Source: a virus
Direction: 5' to 3' (one strand)
Virus record (IMG/VR): IMGVR_UViG_3300030397_000361
Coordinates: 25 to 64,024 of that record
DNA: 64,000 nt
Part shown: positions 10,107 through 19,550 of the stretch, piece by piece
Position numbering within the stretch: position 1 is the stretch's first letter
Layout of the letters: each line of letters starts with the position of its first letter
Translations under genes and position numbers: made by a program
The notes under the pieces: generated by a model
Databases searched by the model: none
Told to the model about the DNA's origin: nothing
Seen by the model: only the letters and a program-made list of their open reading frames with translations

Positions 10107-10541
10107 CTATCCAGCAACCAAGATTTGTTCTGCGTACTCGGTTGGCTGTGTTGGCGGCTGATGTCGGGCGCAAAGCATCAAAAGGCCCGAGCAAGTTGTT
10201 CCGGTGGTGCCATCGCCAGCCGTTACAGACAAGCGAACATAGTTGAAATTGTTGGCAATGTCGAGCTTGGCGGGTTCCAGGTCAATCGAAACATACTTGT
10301 TGTCGTCGGTCGCAGTTAGCTGCGTAACGGCTGCGCTGGTTACGTCTTTGGCTCCGGTGCCACTGCTGTCGGTCGCTTGCTCGATCTTGGCATCAAAGGT
10401 GATGTCCGTTGCGCCAACCTGAACAAATGCAGTGACCCAATCGGCATCGCCAGCATCGCGCCAGGCGGTGGTTGCTGATGCATTATCAAGCGTTTGCGGT
10501 GGAATATCATCAACCAAATAAGTTTCATACATTGGACTCAT
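10107..10541 (-). CDS. Putative capsid decoration/cement protein
   Basis: Directly after the MCP; start MSPMYETY at 10541 with GGAG SD; beta-rich. Confidence 0.55.
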   Translation of the reverse strand: MSPMYETYLVDDIPPQTLDNASATTAWRDAGDADWVTAFVQVGATDITFDAKIEQATDSSGTGAKDVTSAAVTQLTATDDNKYVSIDLEPAKLDIANNFNYVRLSVTAGDGTTGTTCSGLLMLCARHQPPTQPTEYAEQILVAG

Positions 10542-10560
10542 AATAATAAATCTCCAGTGC

Positions 10561-10581
10561 AAGGGGGCTTGCAGCCCCCTT
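10561..10581 (-). terminator. Hairpin after the major capsid gene
   Basis: AAGGGGGC-TTGCA-GCCCCCTT inverted repeat. Confidence 0.55.
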
Positions 10582-10601
10582 AGTTAGTTATAATTGTTAA
10601 T

Positions 10602-12008
10602 CTACGATGCAACTTTTTGGACTGCCATTCGCCACGGCTCTACCGTTTGACCGCCTAAGCGTCGGCGCATCTCGTACTTGACAATGTTTTCGCCGGGGTT
10701 GACATCGTAACGCTGCACAGACATCCCTACACGGTCAACGATCATGTAGGCTTCAGGATCACCGAATAGGATCGGGAAGGCGTTAGCCGCTACATCGGGC
10801 ATTGATTCTTGCTCAAGTACGGGGTAGCCGCGCAAGGTATTAGGCGTGCCAGCGGCATTGTTCCCGCGCATCTCTGTCCAGAAGTACGCGCCGTCACTGT
10901 CAGCCAAAACCGCAATAGCCTCAAAAGTGGCTCGGTTAGCGATCCAGGCGGCACGTTGCCGGTACTGGGCCGCAATCTCAAAGGTGAGCCGGATCAAGCC
11001 CGTAAAAGTCAGGGCTGATGCGTTGCCACTGTTTTGCTCGGACAAGCTGTTGCCATTGGCACTGCCTGGCAGTAAGCCTTGTGGCTTCCCTGCACCCGTG
11101 CCAACCAAGAAGGTGTTGTCCTCATTGATAGCAGCGGCTTGGGCAAATTGACGCACCAGATAGCCACCAAGCTCAAAGGCGCTGTCTTCCAGCAAGTTCT
11201 TGGACAGCGGAACAAGCCCCATTGCGGTGTGAATGGGGATGTTTTCCAGTCCAAAGGTAAGGTTAGTTTCGCTTGCGCTACTGGTGGGCGTTTCATCTAC
11301 CCAGGTTTCGCGGACTGCGCCCACATACTGATCGTCGCCCCCCGTTGCTTTGGGGAACTGAACGCGATCACGGCTAGTTCGTTCGGTTTGGGCACGTCCA
11401 CGCATTGCCGTAAGACCGGGCAGACGCTCAATAACTCGTGCCTGAAAGTCAACTGGAACAACGAAGCCGCCCAGGCTGTCTACCGCTTCAACCATTGTTG
11501 ACTTAAGGTGTTCGATTTCCCAGCCTTCCTCGATAGCTTTCTTGGTGTAATCCGGGGTCAGGACGATCTCGTGAAGCAGATCAAGCGATTTTTGATCAAG
11601 CGTGCGCTCGCGTCCGCGCATGTAAGCGATAAAAGCCTTCCACTGATTGGCCCGTTTCCACTCATAATCTGCGCCGTGCAAGTCAACCAAGATAGCCTTG
11701 ACCGCATTATCAGTTTCGCCGTAGCGCATCTGATAAATGGACTTGGCCATTAAATCCTTGGGGTCTTCCTCGCCCTTGGCGGCTTTAGCCTCTGTAGCGG
11801 GTTCAGCAGAAGGCAGTGGCGCTGGCATCTCTGGTTGATCCAGATCGGCCATCAGTTCGGCGGCTGACTTAGCGGCTTCGCCTTGCTCTTTGAGGTTTTT
11901 TGACTCCTCGATGAGCGTAGCGAACTGCTGCAAATCGCCGGACTCAGCGGCGGCTTTGGCTTCCTCTGCCTTTGCTTTTGCCTTTTTGAACAATTCTTTA
12001 TAGTTCAT
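10602..12008 (-). CDS. Major capsid protein (HK97 fold, with N-terminal delta domain)
   Basis: GGFVVPVDFQARVIERL, GTGAGKPQGLL, LRGYPV, FGDPEAYMIVDRVGMSV, RRLGG motifs. Confidence 0.95.
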   Translation of the reverse strand: MNYKELFKKAKAKAEEAKAAAESGDLQQFATLIEESKNLKEQGEAAKSAAELMADLDQPEMPAPLPSAEPATEAKAAKGEEDPKDLMAKSIYQMRYGETDNAVKAILVDLHGADYEWKRANQWKAFIAYMRGRERTLDQKSLDLLHEIVLTPDYTKKAIEEGWEIEHLKSTMVEAVDSLGGFVVPVDFQARVIERLPGLTAMRGRAQTERTSRDRVQFPKATGGDDQYVGAVRETWVDETPTSSASETNLTFGLENIPIHTAMGLVPLSKNLLEDSAFELGGYLVRQFAQAAAINEDNTFLVGTGAGKPQGLLPGSANGNSLSEQNSGNASALTFTGLIRLTFEIAAQYRQRAAWIANRATFEAIAVLADSDGAYFWTEMRGNNAAGTPNTLRGYPVLEQESMPDVAANAFPILFGDPEAYMIVDRVGMSVQRYDVNPGENIVKYEMRRRLGGQTVEPWRMAVQKVAS

Positions 12009-12025
12009 AGTAAATTCCTTGTTTT

Positions 12026-13555
12026 CTAAACGTTGTTTGCTTCTAATTCAACAAGTAGCAGATTGGCCTCGGCTTGAGCCATTGCCTTTTTGACCTCATC
12101 AGACGCCCCCGCGTCTTCGGATTCAGCATCAAGGCAAATACCTTTGGCTTGGCATATTTCTGCCACCTGGGGAATGTCATTAGCCAACGCCTTAAGCGTT
12201 GAAAGTTGGTTGCCCTCGATCATGCGAGGTTCCATCGGGGTAAAAGTCAGCGTGTCACGGCGAATTGGCCACACGCGAATTTCGCCATTGTCGCCTTTTT
12301 GCACGGCTGATGATACGGCCTCGCTTGAGGTGCCGATCCAGCCCTTTTCAAACACGCCCAACTGTTCAAGCATTTGAATGTAGCGATTACGGCGGTTCAG
12401 GGCACGTTGCACCCATAGCCCGGTGCCGTCTTTGGTTGCGGTATTCCACAAGACCCGCCCAAGCGGCTCATCGCGGCCTGGCCCTTCTCTGTCTGGTTTG
12501 CGTCCGTGTTCAAAATCAACAACAACAGCGTCCACATCGGTGTAATCGCTGCCAAAGGTTGTGTTTTTGGTGAAGTATTCGCCTTTGGTTCCATCGGGGT
12601 TTACGTTGTTGCTTAATTGGCCTTCCAGATCGCGCCCGCCCCACAAAGCAATGTAGTTGCCAACAATGATCGCGTCATCGGTCTGAGAAATGGCCTTTAA
12701 GGCATTGCTTGGGGCAAGTGCTGCCTTGTAAGCGGGTTCGTCGTGGTCAGGGTCGTCGTTTTTCATCCCTTCCTTATCACGATCTTCACCGCATTTGGCT
12801 CCCAACCCCTTAGTCATATCGTGAATACCTTGAATAGTCTCTTGATCCTCGCGGTTGTTACGCCGCCCTGCTTTGGCGGCTTCATCGTCATCGCCTGCTA
12901 CAGCGCCCCACGAGTCGCAAACATAGCCAACGTCATAGTTGAAGCGATATTCGGAGCAAAGCCGATCATCGTTATTACCAAAACGACAATTGCTACACTT
13001 GATATTACCTCGTGAGATGTGATAGTTTGGCGCATCTTCGCGCCCCTTTGTGGCCTTTACGCGTTCAAAGCCGCCCTCAAGCTTTAGCTCGTGGCGCTCG
13101 TCGCCTATGGCCAGCGACAATGTGTCAATCTCAAATTCGACAGAAGGCAGGGTGCTGATAGGGGAAGGCTCATCAGGAGCCAAATAAGCCAAAGTGATGT
13201 GCGGGGTAAAGCCGTGCTGTTTTGAGATTTTCACATCGGCTTCATCTTCCCAGCGCAAGGTGGAGATAAGCGCCTCTCGGAATCGAGTTAGCTGTACGCT
13301 ATCAATGGACGCATAAAAGGGTTCTCGTTCATCATCTCGTGACGCATTGAAGCGCCCAACGCCGCTAATCCGTGCCGTGAATGGCACTTGATGCTGTGCC
13401 CACTGTGCGACCGTGTGCTTTAGCGCCTCAGTGTCTTCAACGTCTTCTAAGGGAACAAGCGTAATATGAAGATCATTAATCGCTTCGCCTTCTGGCAGGG
13501 CGATGCGTTGAGCCACTTGCGGCGGGAGAAAAATACCTAGTATTCCTGACGGCAT
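12026..13555 (-). CDS. 2H phosphoesterase fused to Cys-rich linker and prohead protease/scaffold
   Basis: Two HxT motifs (LHITL, PHITL) in the first ~130 aa; CSNC..C..C segment; C-terminal EYFT..., DFEHG, GTSSEA, TLTFTPMEPR prohead-protease-like motifs; upstream of the MCP. Confidence 0.8.
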   Translation of the reverse strand: MPSGILGIFLPPQVAQRIALPEGEAINDLHITLVPLEDVEDTEALKHTVAQWAQHQVPFTARISGVGRFNASRDDEREPFYASIDSVQLTRFREALISTLRWEDEADVKISKQHGFTPHITLAYLAPDEPSPISTLPSVEFEIDTLSLAIGDERHELKLEGGFERVKATKGREDAPNYHISRGNIKCSNCRFGNNDDRLCSEYRFNYDVGYVCDSWGAVAGDDDEAAKAGRRNNREDQETIQGIHDMTKGLGAKCGEDRDKEGMKNDDPDHDEPAYKAALAPSNALKAISQTDDAIIVGNYIALWGGRDLEGQLSNNVNPDGTKGEYFTKNTTFGSDYTDVDAVVVDFEHGRKPDREGPGRDEPLGRVLWNTATKDGTGLWVQRALNRRNRYIQMLEQLGVFEKGWIGTSSEAVSSAVQKGDNGEIRVWPIRRDTLTFTPMEPRMIEGNQLSTLKALANDIPQVAEICQAKGICLDAESEDAGASDEVKKAMAQAEANLLLVELEANNV

Positions 13556-13595
13556 TGCTTTTACCTCTGCGTTTTTCTCGATTAAATCAGATGAA

Positions 13596-13752
13596 CAAAA
13601 AAGGACGGCTTACCAACCACCCTTGCAGATGCTTGATAAGCCGTCCTTTCAGACGTGTTAAATTAAATTGTCGAGAACGTCAGTACTGCATTGACGAACT
13701 GACGTTCTCAGTTTGCGAACAGACAAAGCGCGAGCGGCGTGCTTTGTCTGTA
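13596..13752 (-). promoter_or_regulatory. Structured leader (three hairpins, last a terminator) before the protease-capsid operon
   Basis: IRs ACAGACAAAGC/GCTTTGTCTGT, GAGAACGTCAGT/ACTGACGTTCTC, and AAAGGACGGCTTA/TAAGCCGTCCTTT followed by a U-tract on the minus strand. Confidence 0.65.
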
Positions 13753-13757
13753 TAGTT

Positions 13758-13786
13758 ATTTTACCGCTTTGCACCGATTACGTCAA
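13758..13786 (-). promoter_or_regulatory. Putative late promoter A
   Basis: TTGACG-17-TAAAAT; flanks identical to the promoter at 29357..29384. Confidence 0.65.
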
Positions 13787-13961
13787 CACAGCCAGAACGA
13801 AAGTTCTGTTTCAGCCAAACGCGCTCGTGCTTGGTTGGCACCGGGTTAGATCGACCAAGGATTTTCGCTATCTCTCGGATTTCTTCTATAAGCAAGTCAT
13901 AGCGTATTTCGTAATACGTTTTAAGTTGCGGCGTCATTTGTTTTTTGTGCTGATCGCTCAC
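13761..13961 (-). CDS. Hypothetical protein
   Basis: 66 aa ORF; promoter A lies in its 3' end. Confidence 0.55.
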   Translation of the reverse strand: MSDQHKKQMTPQLKTYYEIRYDLLIEEIREIAKILGRSNPVPTKHERVWLKQNFRSGCVDVIGAKR

Positions 13962-14154
13962 TAATTAAACCTTGACAATTGGCGCTTAATGCTTTTAAGC
14001 GCATTGATAATCACCCTTCTTACATTCTTGGAGCCTAAAGCCAATCCGATCACAAAAACCCACCAGTATGCGAGAAATGCTTCAATCATTTCCTTGCTAC
14101 TACCTTTCTTTAGATGCCCCGCCTGATAGCGTCGAACTCTTGTGTTTTACACGC

Positions 14155-14469
14155 TTAATTAAACCTTCGTAACTTTACTACAATTTCTCTGTCCGCACCT
14201 TGCGGAAACGTTGTTGACATGCGGAATTGCTCGCCCAGCCAGTGAGACTGATCATAGGTAAGTGTCGTCCAGCACGACAACGCGATACTTAGTGATAAGT
14301 CGTTGATTCTATAAAACACGCCGGTTGCGTCTGGTACCCACAGCCCAACGGTGGTGCCTGTAAAGGCTGCGGGCGCTAGAATTGCAACTGGCATGTACTC
14401 GGGCATCGAAACAACATCGCTTTGGGTTTGTCCTGACTGAATAGTTGCGGTTGCGTATGATTCTCTCAT
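14155..14469 (-). CDS. Hypothetical protein (possible virion accessory)
   Basis: 104 aa beta-rich ORF with GGAG SD. Confidence 0.6.
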   Translation of the reverse strand: MRESYATATIQSGQTQSDVVSMPEYMPVAILAPAAFTGTTVGLWVPDATGVFYRINDLSLSIALSCWTTLTYDQSHWLGEQFRMSTTFPQGADREIVVKLRRFN

Positions 14470-14640
14470 GTTCTAGCTCCTTTTTGTCGATTTCGTGCGG
14501 CCATAAACCGTGAAATTTCCAAACACAATGGTCGCGTTGTTTGGCATGTCGCTCGTCACTTCTACGGACAATCCCTTCCCGCAAGCAAAACTCACGGCAC
14601 TTACGCATAAATTCTTCAGCGCCCCTTGCGTTTTTCATCG

Positions 14641-14934
14641 TCAACCCTCTTGGTTCCATTCAAAAGAAAATTCGCCCCAAGGGAACGCCGACGCGCTCCC
14701 CGTTATTGTGGCTGTGATTTCAGGAAGCTCCTCAGATAAAGGCACTTCGCGCAAATCATCGTGTTCAACGTAGAAAAGGAACGTTCCATTCAAGTGATGA
14801 TGCCTGACAATGTTATGGATAATGGCATCGCTTGGCATCCCCAAAGCCTCTTTTATGAAAGATTCGTCTACCCGCATCACTGCCCTTCTGCGAGATGGCA
14901 ATTCGCTTTTATCGTGCGTCTTTTTAATTTCCAA
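14641..14934 (-). CDS. Hypothetical protein
   Basis: 97 aa ORF coupled to the MuF-like gene. Confidence 0.55.
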   Translation of the reverse strand: MEIKKTHDKSELPSRRRAVMRVDESFIKEALGMPSDAIIHNIVRHHHLNGTFLFYVEHDDLREVPLSEELPEITATITGSASAFPWGEFSFEWNQEG

Positions 14935-15613
14935 GTTTTTCTACCTCCAGCGGATCCCATTCTTTCGACAGGTTGACACAATCCTGGCAATGTTCGGCCT
15001 TGCCAAGCTTCCAAAAAACCTGCCATAGTTTATCAGTTTCCTTGATGCGAAGATGGCACCGGCAATTGGCCTTGCATTGCGTGTTTCCATCGCCTGGGTA
15101 CTGCCTTAGCCTGGGAACGCCTCGCCCTTCTGTTTTGGCGCGTTCAAATGCTTGGCTTGATGCTTCGATGTACATATTGGCCCTGGCTGCAACTGCGCCG
15201 ATGCTGTCTACCGTGTAGCGCCCGGAGGCAATGTCTTGAGCAAATCCGCGCAGAAATTCATATTGCCTGCGCAACATAAAGCCAAGTCGCCCGTAATCGG
15301 CCTGAGTCATATTATTGCGCCCGCCTCGCCCAAGCATATACTGAGCCACAAACACCGTCTTTATATTATTCCGCATCTCGGCTTCCCACTGCTGAATGGT
15401 AATCCGCTTGTCAAACAGGCGACGATGAACGACTTCAAGCCGTTGCTTGTAGCGGTCGTTGAACTGATCGCGCAATGCAACAGCTTGTGTGATGCGCAAA
15501 AAGCGCCCGTCACGACCTCGGTATCTTTGTGCGGCATCGTCCCACACCCAAAGCGGTGAGGGTGAAGCTTGCTTGTATTCGGTTTCTCGCACATCGCTAA
15601 ATACAGCCATCAA
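14924..15613 (-). CDS. MuF-like head morphogenesis protein
   Basis: Follows the portal; C-terminal PGDGNTQCKANCRCHL motif. Confidence 0.7.
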   Translation of the reverse strand: MMAVFSDVRETEYKQASPSPLWVWDDAAQRYRGRDGRFLRITQAVALRDQFNDRYKQRLEVVHRRLFDKRITIQQWEAEMRNNIKTVFVAQYMLGRGGRNNMTQADYGRLGFMLRRQYEFLRGFAQDIASGRYTVDSIGAVAARANMYIEASSQAFERAKTEGRGVPRLRQYPGDGNTQCKANCRCHLRIKETDKLWQVFWKLGKAEHCQDCVNLSKEWDPLEVEKLGN

Positions 15614-17235
15614 ACCTCAGCGTCTAAAACGCCCTCGTGTTCTGGCATTAGGTCATCCCATTGAGCAGTGGTTTCATTCAGGAACCTGGAAGTTTGAACC
15701 TCTTCGCCCAGCCTGTCTGATTGCGGTAAGTCATCAAACAATTGATCTGCCCCCTCGGGGATGAACATTTCAGCGGCTTTGCCGTTCGTGCCAAAAGCGG
15801 CTTTTATCTCTTCCTCGGTGGTTGCCCTGAGCAAAGCAGTTTTTATGGCGGCTTGTTTGCCAATATCAATGTGCTGGCTTTCAAAATCATACCCCCCCGG
15901 CTGTTCCCCTCGTTTCAGCATTCGCCTGGCCACGGACTCCCATCGCTTCAGGTCGGCTTTCTCTTCGCGTTCGCTCTCTTCCTGTGCTTGCTGAACGCCA
16001 TTACCTCTTTGGACTTTTATTTGAGCGATGGAAGCCGCCGCCTCGTAGGGTGCATCGCCGATGTCTGGATCGGGGTGTGGCGGTCTTCCCTTGGCCTCGC
16101 GGGCCTCATTGTACGTCATTGTGCGCCGCTCGTTTTCTTCCTTGCGAATATCTTGCTCAACATTGGCGGGCCGGATGTCTTCAAACACAGCGCGGTATTG
16201 GTTGCCGTAGTAGGGCTGTACCATTTGGATGGTGATGTCTTCGGCAAGCATCTGCATAAGCGGCCAAACAGTATCGTTGATAAGCGCCTGGTTGTGAACG
16301 TGGGCGCTTGCTTCGGTTGCGTTGCGTTCCCAAATGGCATCAGGTACGCCATAGATGTCATTGGCCTGACTTTCGGTAAGCTCGAAAACGGACAGGCTAA
16401 ATTCGTTGCGCGGCGAACTGGTAGACGCTACCGAAATATCGCCAGCTCGTATCACTTTCCACCGTGCCCCAGCCTCGTTTGCCTCTCGCAAGTCTGCCTG
16501 GGCCTGCACAAACTGCGTGCGTGACGTGTCTTGACGCACGCTGATAAGCTGCTGAAGGTTTAGCTTGTTCTGGAAATCGTCAAGCTGTGTTTTTTGGGCT
16601 TCAATGTTGGTTCTAAGCCCCATCAGATAAGCCGAAATTGGCGATAACCCCCGATGATAGTCGAAAGGATTAAAGAAGCGATGGAAACAGACCTGCTCGG
16701 GCTTCAAGAAATTGGGCGGTTGCCCATTGACAGGTGTATACCAATAGCCTCGAAACATCTCTGCTTGGCCAGGGATAGGCTGCACTCTGTTGGCGGGTAA
16801 GGGGTAAACACTGTTTAGCTCGCCGCCTCGGGTGGGCACGAGCATCCAGTACGCCTCCCCACGAAGCAATAGCCAAGCTACTTGATACATCCAGATAAAC
16901 GATTGCGACATCCAGCGATTAGGGCGATACTCTATGATCTCCTCAAAGGGATGCGCCGTGATGTCTTGCCACTTTTCGCGGTTGTCATTGTCGCGCTCTT
17001 GGACCTTGGCCGTACCGCCAGCAACCATTTTGGCTATCTTCATAATATTGCGGTAGACGGCGTAGTTGGTCATTGCCAGCTTTTCAAATTCTTGTGATGA
17101 ATAAGCGGCAAATGGCTGATCCTTGCCCGGTGTTATTTCGCCTGTCAGGGCGACAGGCATCCTCACATCCCCTGCCTTTACATAGCCAAGGCTGCCAACA
17201 AAGCGATCTACTGTGTTTTTGACGATATTAAACAT
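15610..17235 (-). CDS. Portal protein (HK97-like)
   Basis: RPNRWMS, LLRGEAYW, YPLPANRV, VCFHRFFNPFDYHRGLSPI, YGVP, MTYNEARE motifs; probable start MFNIV at 17235. Confidence 0.93.
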   Translation of the reverse strand: MFNIVKNTVDRFVGSLGYVKAGDVRMPVALTGEITPGKDQPFAAYSSQEFEKLAMTNYAVYRNIMKIAKMVAGGTAKVQERDNDNREKWQDITAHPFEEIIEYRPNRWMSQSFIWMYQVAWLLLRGEAYWMLVPTRGGELNSVYPLPANRVQPIPGQAEMFRGYWYTPVNGQPPNFLKPEQVCFHRFFNPFDYHRGLSPISAYLMGLRTNIEAQKTQLDDFQNKLNLQQLISVRQDTSRTQFVQAQADLREANEAGARWKVIRAGDISVASTSSPRNEFSLSVFELTESQANDIYGVPDAIWERNATEASAHVHNQALINDTVWPLMQMLAEDITIQMVQPYYGNQYRAVFEDIRPANVEQDIRKEENERRTMTYNEAREAKGRPPHPDPDIGDAPYEAAASIAQIKVQRGNGVQQAQEESEREEKADLKRWESVARRMLKRGEQPGGYDFESQHIDIGKQAAIKTALLRATTEEEIKAAFGTNGKAAEMFIPEGADQLFDDLPQSDRLGEEVQTSRFLNETTAQWDDLMPEHEGVLDAEV

Positions 17236-17237
17236 AA

Positions 17238-18800
17238 TTAAACCCAACCTATCATTGTTTCTTCGATTGGCGCGAAGGTGAGGCATAGGGCGTCTGCACG
17301 GTCTGGGCTGCGCTTGAGCAAGTCCTTCATTACATCCTTGCTCATCACCTTGATCTTGCCATTAATGATTGCGTACTTTGGCGTTGTTAATTCTTCGATC
17401 AAATACTCATCAGGCGGCAACATCGCGCCTGTATCTGTTCTAAGCCACTCTCGCGCAGACCACCACAATTGATCCCGCATGTTGCCAAACTCACCCATCT
17501 CAGTGCTGTAAGTTGGGCTACTGGCCACCTTGACACCTGTAGCCGCGCAGTCAAGGCGGCTCATCTTGGGAGCTACGCCAGCGCCAACGCCAGTGGCGTC
17601 TATCATCGCGCCGGATGCTTTGTGCTGATGATACAACTCAGCCGCTTTGCTACCGGTCAGATCAATATCCATTCCAGACCAAGAGATGAGCGGCTTCACC
17701 CATCCACCATAGCGGAAACAAGCAACGTTCGCATCTGCGCCGAACTCGGCTACATCTTGCCCCATCAGCGGGCTAATGCCTTTGGGCGGCACTTCGCCAT
17801 TCTCGGCTACGTATAAATCCCATCTGCTGCGAGCGTCATTGATCCACGACCGGCTAATCAATTGCGACTCGCTTAAGGCGCTGTACTTGCCCAATACCAT
17901 ATAGCTGAAGGCGGGGTTCGTGATCTTGCGCCAACCACTGGGCAGGGGCGGGTACTCTTTGCCGCCAAGCGACTGACAGGTTAGCCCCACGAGATAAGGA
18001 CACTCTTCGTCAACGCTAAAGCATTCCTGATCCGGCTTTTCGCCATTCGCAAGCGCCCTTGTCCATTCGTTGATCCGGCGCAAGGTCTTTTCTTGATCCA
18101 CTGCGCCAGGGATAACGTCATTGCCTGTTACAACGTTTGGGTGTCTAAACGCCGACAGTTCGACAACATTACCTAATCCGTCGCGTTCCATCCGGTAAAC
18201 GGGGCCTGACTCGTGGCGCGGGTTAAACATAATCAGCAGGCGGGCGTGCCCACCTGACATACAGCTTTCAATACCACTGTAAACCTCATCCGGTATCGCA
18301 TCGCCTTCGTCAATGACAAAGAGCAAGTAGGGCGCGTGTTTTCCGCTGAATTTGGCCTCGCGTTGGGCTGATGTGCCCGACATCGGAATTGTTACGCCGG
18401 TGATAAAGCTTTGCGGATCACGTTCAATGTGCAAGGTCAGAACACGGTCGTCGGAAAACAAAGCGGGGTTCTCCGATGCGATTGCGCCTAGCTCGCCCCA
18501 TAGCAACAAGCGCAGGTTGTTTACTGGTGGAGCCGCCGTGGTGTAAACCTGGCTGTTCTCAAAGGCTTTGTAAAACCAAGTCACAACACGGGCCGCGGCG
18601 TGGGTCTTGCCAACAGCATTAGCACTCCGAGCAATCGTGACAGGGTAATCACGCACCGAGTTCATGACCGCGATCACGTCATCGGTGTACGCTTCGCCTA
18701 AGACCTCCTCGCCAAAAAGGTGCGGGCTATTCTGATATTTCAGGTGCGGATTGATCTTCGGGCGGGATTTCGTCTGTCGCCGCCTCCGCTCGATCTCCAT
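17238..18800 (-). CDS. terL: Terminase large subunit
   Basis: Walker A ARSANAVGKT, Walker B FVIDEGD, coupling motif FNP, nuclease GQDVAEFGAD, SPDRADAL; probable start MEIE at 18800 (ORF track 18851). Confidence 0.93.
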   Translation of the reverse strand: MEIERRRRQTKSRPKINPHLKYQNSPHLFGEEVLGEAYTDDVIAVMNSVRDYPVTIARSANAVGKTHAAARVVTWFYKAFENSQVYTTAAPPVNNLRLLLWGELGAIASENPALFSDDRVLTLHIERDPQSFITGVTIPMSGTSAQREAKFSGKHAPYLLFVIDEGDAIPDEVYSGIESCMSGGHARLLIMFNPRHESGPVYRMERDGLGNVVELSAFRHPNVVTGNDVIPGAVDQEKTLRRINEWTRALANGEKPDQECFSVDEECPYLVGLTCQSLGGKEYPPLPSGWRKITNPAFSYMVLGKYSALSESQLISRSWINDARSRWDLYVAENGEVPPKGISPLMGQDVAEFGADANVACFRYGGWVKPLISWSGMDIDLTGSKAAELYHQHKASGAMIDATGVGAGVAPKMSRLDCAATGVKVASSPTYSTEMGEFGNMRDQLWWSAREWLRTDTGAMLPPDEYLIEELTTPKYAIINGKIKVMSKDVMKDLLKRSPDRADALCLTFAPIEETMIGWV

Positions 18801-19272
18801 ATCCGCTTGAAGTTGCAATGACAAAGTAGGGGTCTTCTCCCTTTGACACACGCTCTAACTGCTCGTCCGTCATCTTGGTAACATCAATGTTTAATGTTTG
18901 CGTTTGGTTGCGCTGCTTGGGCGGCGCGAAGCTGTCGGGGAACTTTTGCTCAAGCATATACTTAGCCCAGGCAGGATCAACCGTCGCCGCATTGTCGATC
19001 ACATTAAGCCAACCTATGCCTGCGTCTGCCTGAGCTTCCTCTATAGACTGCAATAACTTAAGACATAGCTTTGTGTATCTGTCACCGGACGGTTTCGCCT
19101 CCGGGTCATTGTCCAGCCGCTCTTTTTCAGCCTCGCCAACACGTTTCCACAGGTAAAATGCCCCCTCAGAAACGCGGGCGTAGGTGTACGCCATTTTGTA
19201 ATCGGCACCGATAGAAATGGCGGCGCAAATCTCTTCTATTACTTTGTTCGATAATTTATATTTTCTAGCCAT
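18727..19272 (-). CDS. terS: Terminase small subunit
   Basis: N-terminal HTH (EEICAAISIGADYKMAYTYARVSEGAFYLW), AWAKYMLEQKFP; directly upstream of terL. Confidence 0.8.
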   Translation of the reverse strand: MARKYKLSNKVIEEICAAISIGADYKMAYTYARVSEGAFYLWKRVGEAEKERLDNDPEAKPSGDRYTKLCLKLLQSIEEAQADAGIGWLNVIDNAATVDPAWAKYMLEQKFPDSFAPPKQRNQTQTLNIDVTKMTDEQLERVSKGEDPYFVIATSSGYGDRAEAATDEIPPEDQSAPEISE

Positions 19273-19278
19273 AATTTT

Positions 19279-19353
19279 TGGTAGCGGGGGCGGGAATTGA
19301 ACCTGCGTGGCCCTGTTAATCAGACAGGATCGGGAACCAACACCCTCCCCGCG
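19279..19353 (-). tRNA. Atypical tRNA-like gene: initiator-like acceptor stem, GAT anticodon
   Basis: CGCGGGG/CCCCGCT acceptor with C1:U72 mismatch; anticodon arm CCTGT-CTGATTA-ACAGG; T-loop GGTTCAATTCC; encoded ACCA end; D-arm irregular. Confidence 0.65.
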
Positions 19354-19550
19354 ACAATGTTGAGTGAGGGGGCGGGTTGCCCCCTCGGTGATAAATCGCG
19401 CAATGCCTAGTAGGCAGCGCCACCACCACGACCAGCAGCGCCAGGAGCGCCACCACGGCCACGGATGGCATTAACGCCACGTCGCACCAGATTCCGCGCA
19501 CGGTTTACTAATCCTTGGATTCGCAATCACCCCCTTTCATTGTAAAGTTA

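Noticed and set aside
15742-16524. Long plus-strand ORFs opposite structural genes (also 3149..3646, 24747..25358 and similar)
   Set aside because: Antisense shadows of well-supported genes with no SD or family motifs
19316-19501. 61 aa membrane ORF upstream of terS
   Set aside because: It overlaps the tRNA-like element, has a weak start, and its hydrophobic run comes from low-complexity GC repeats
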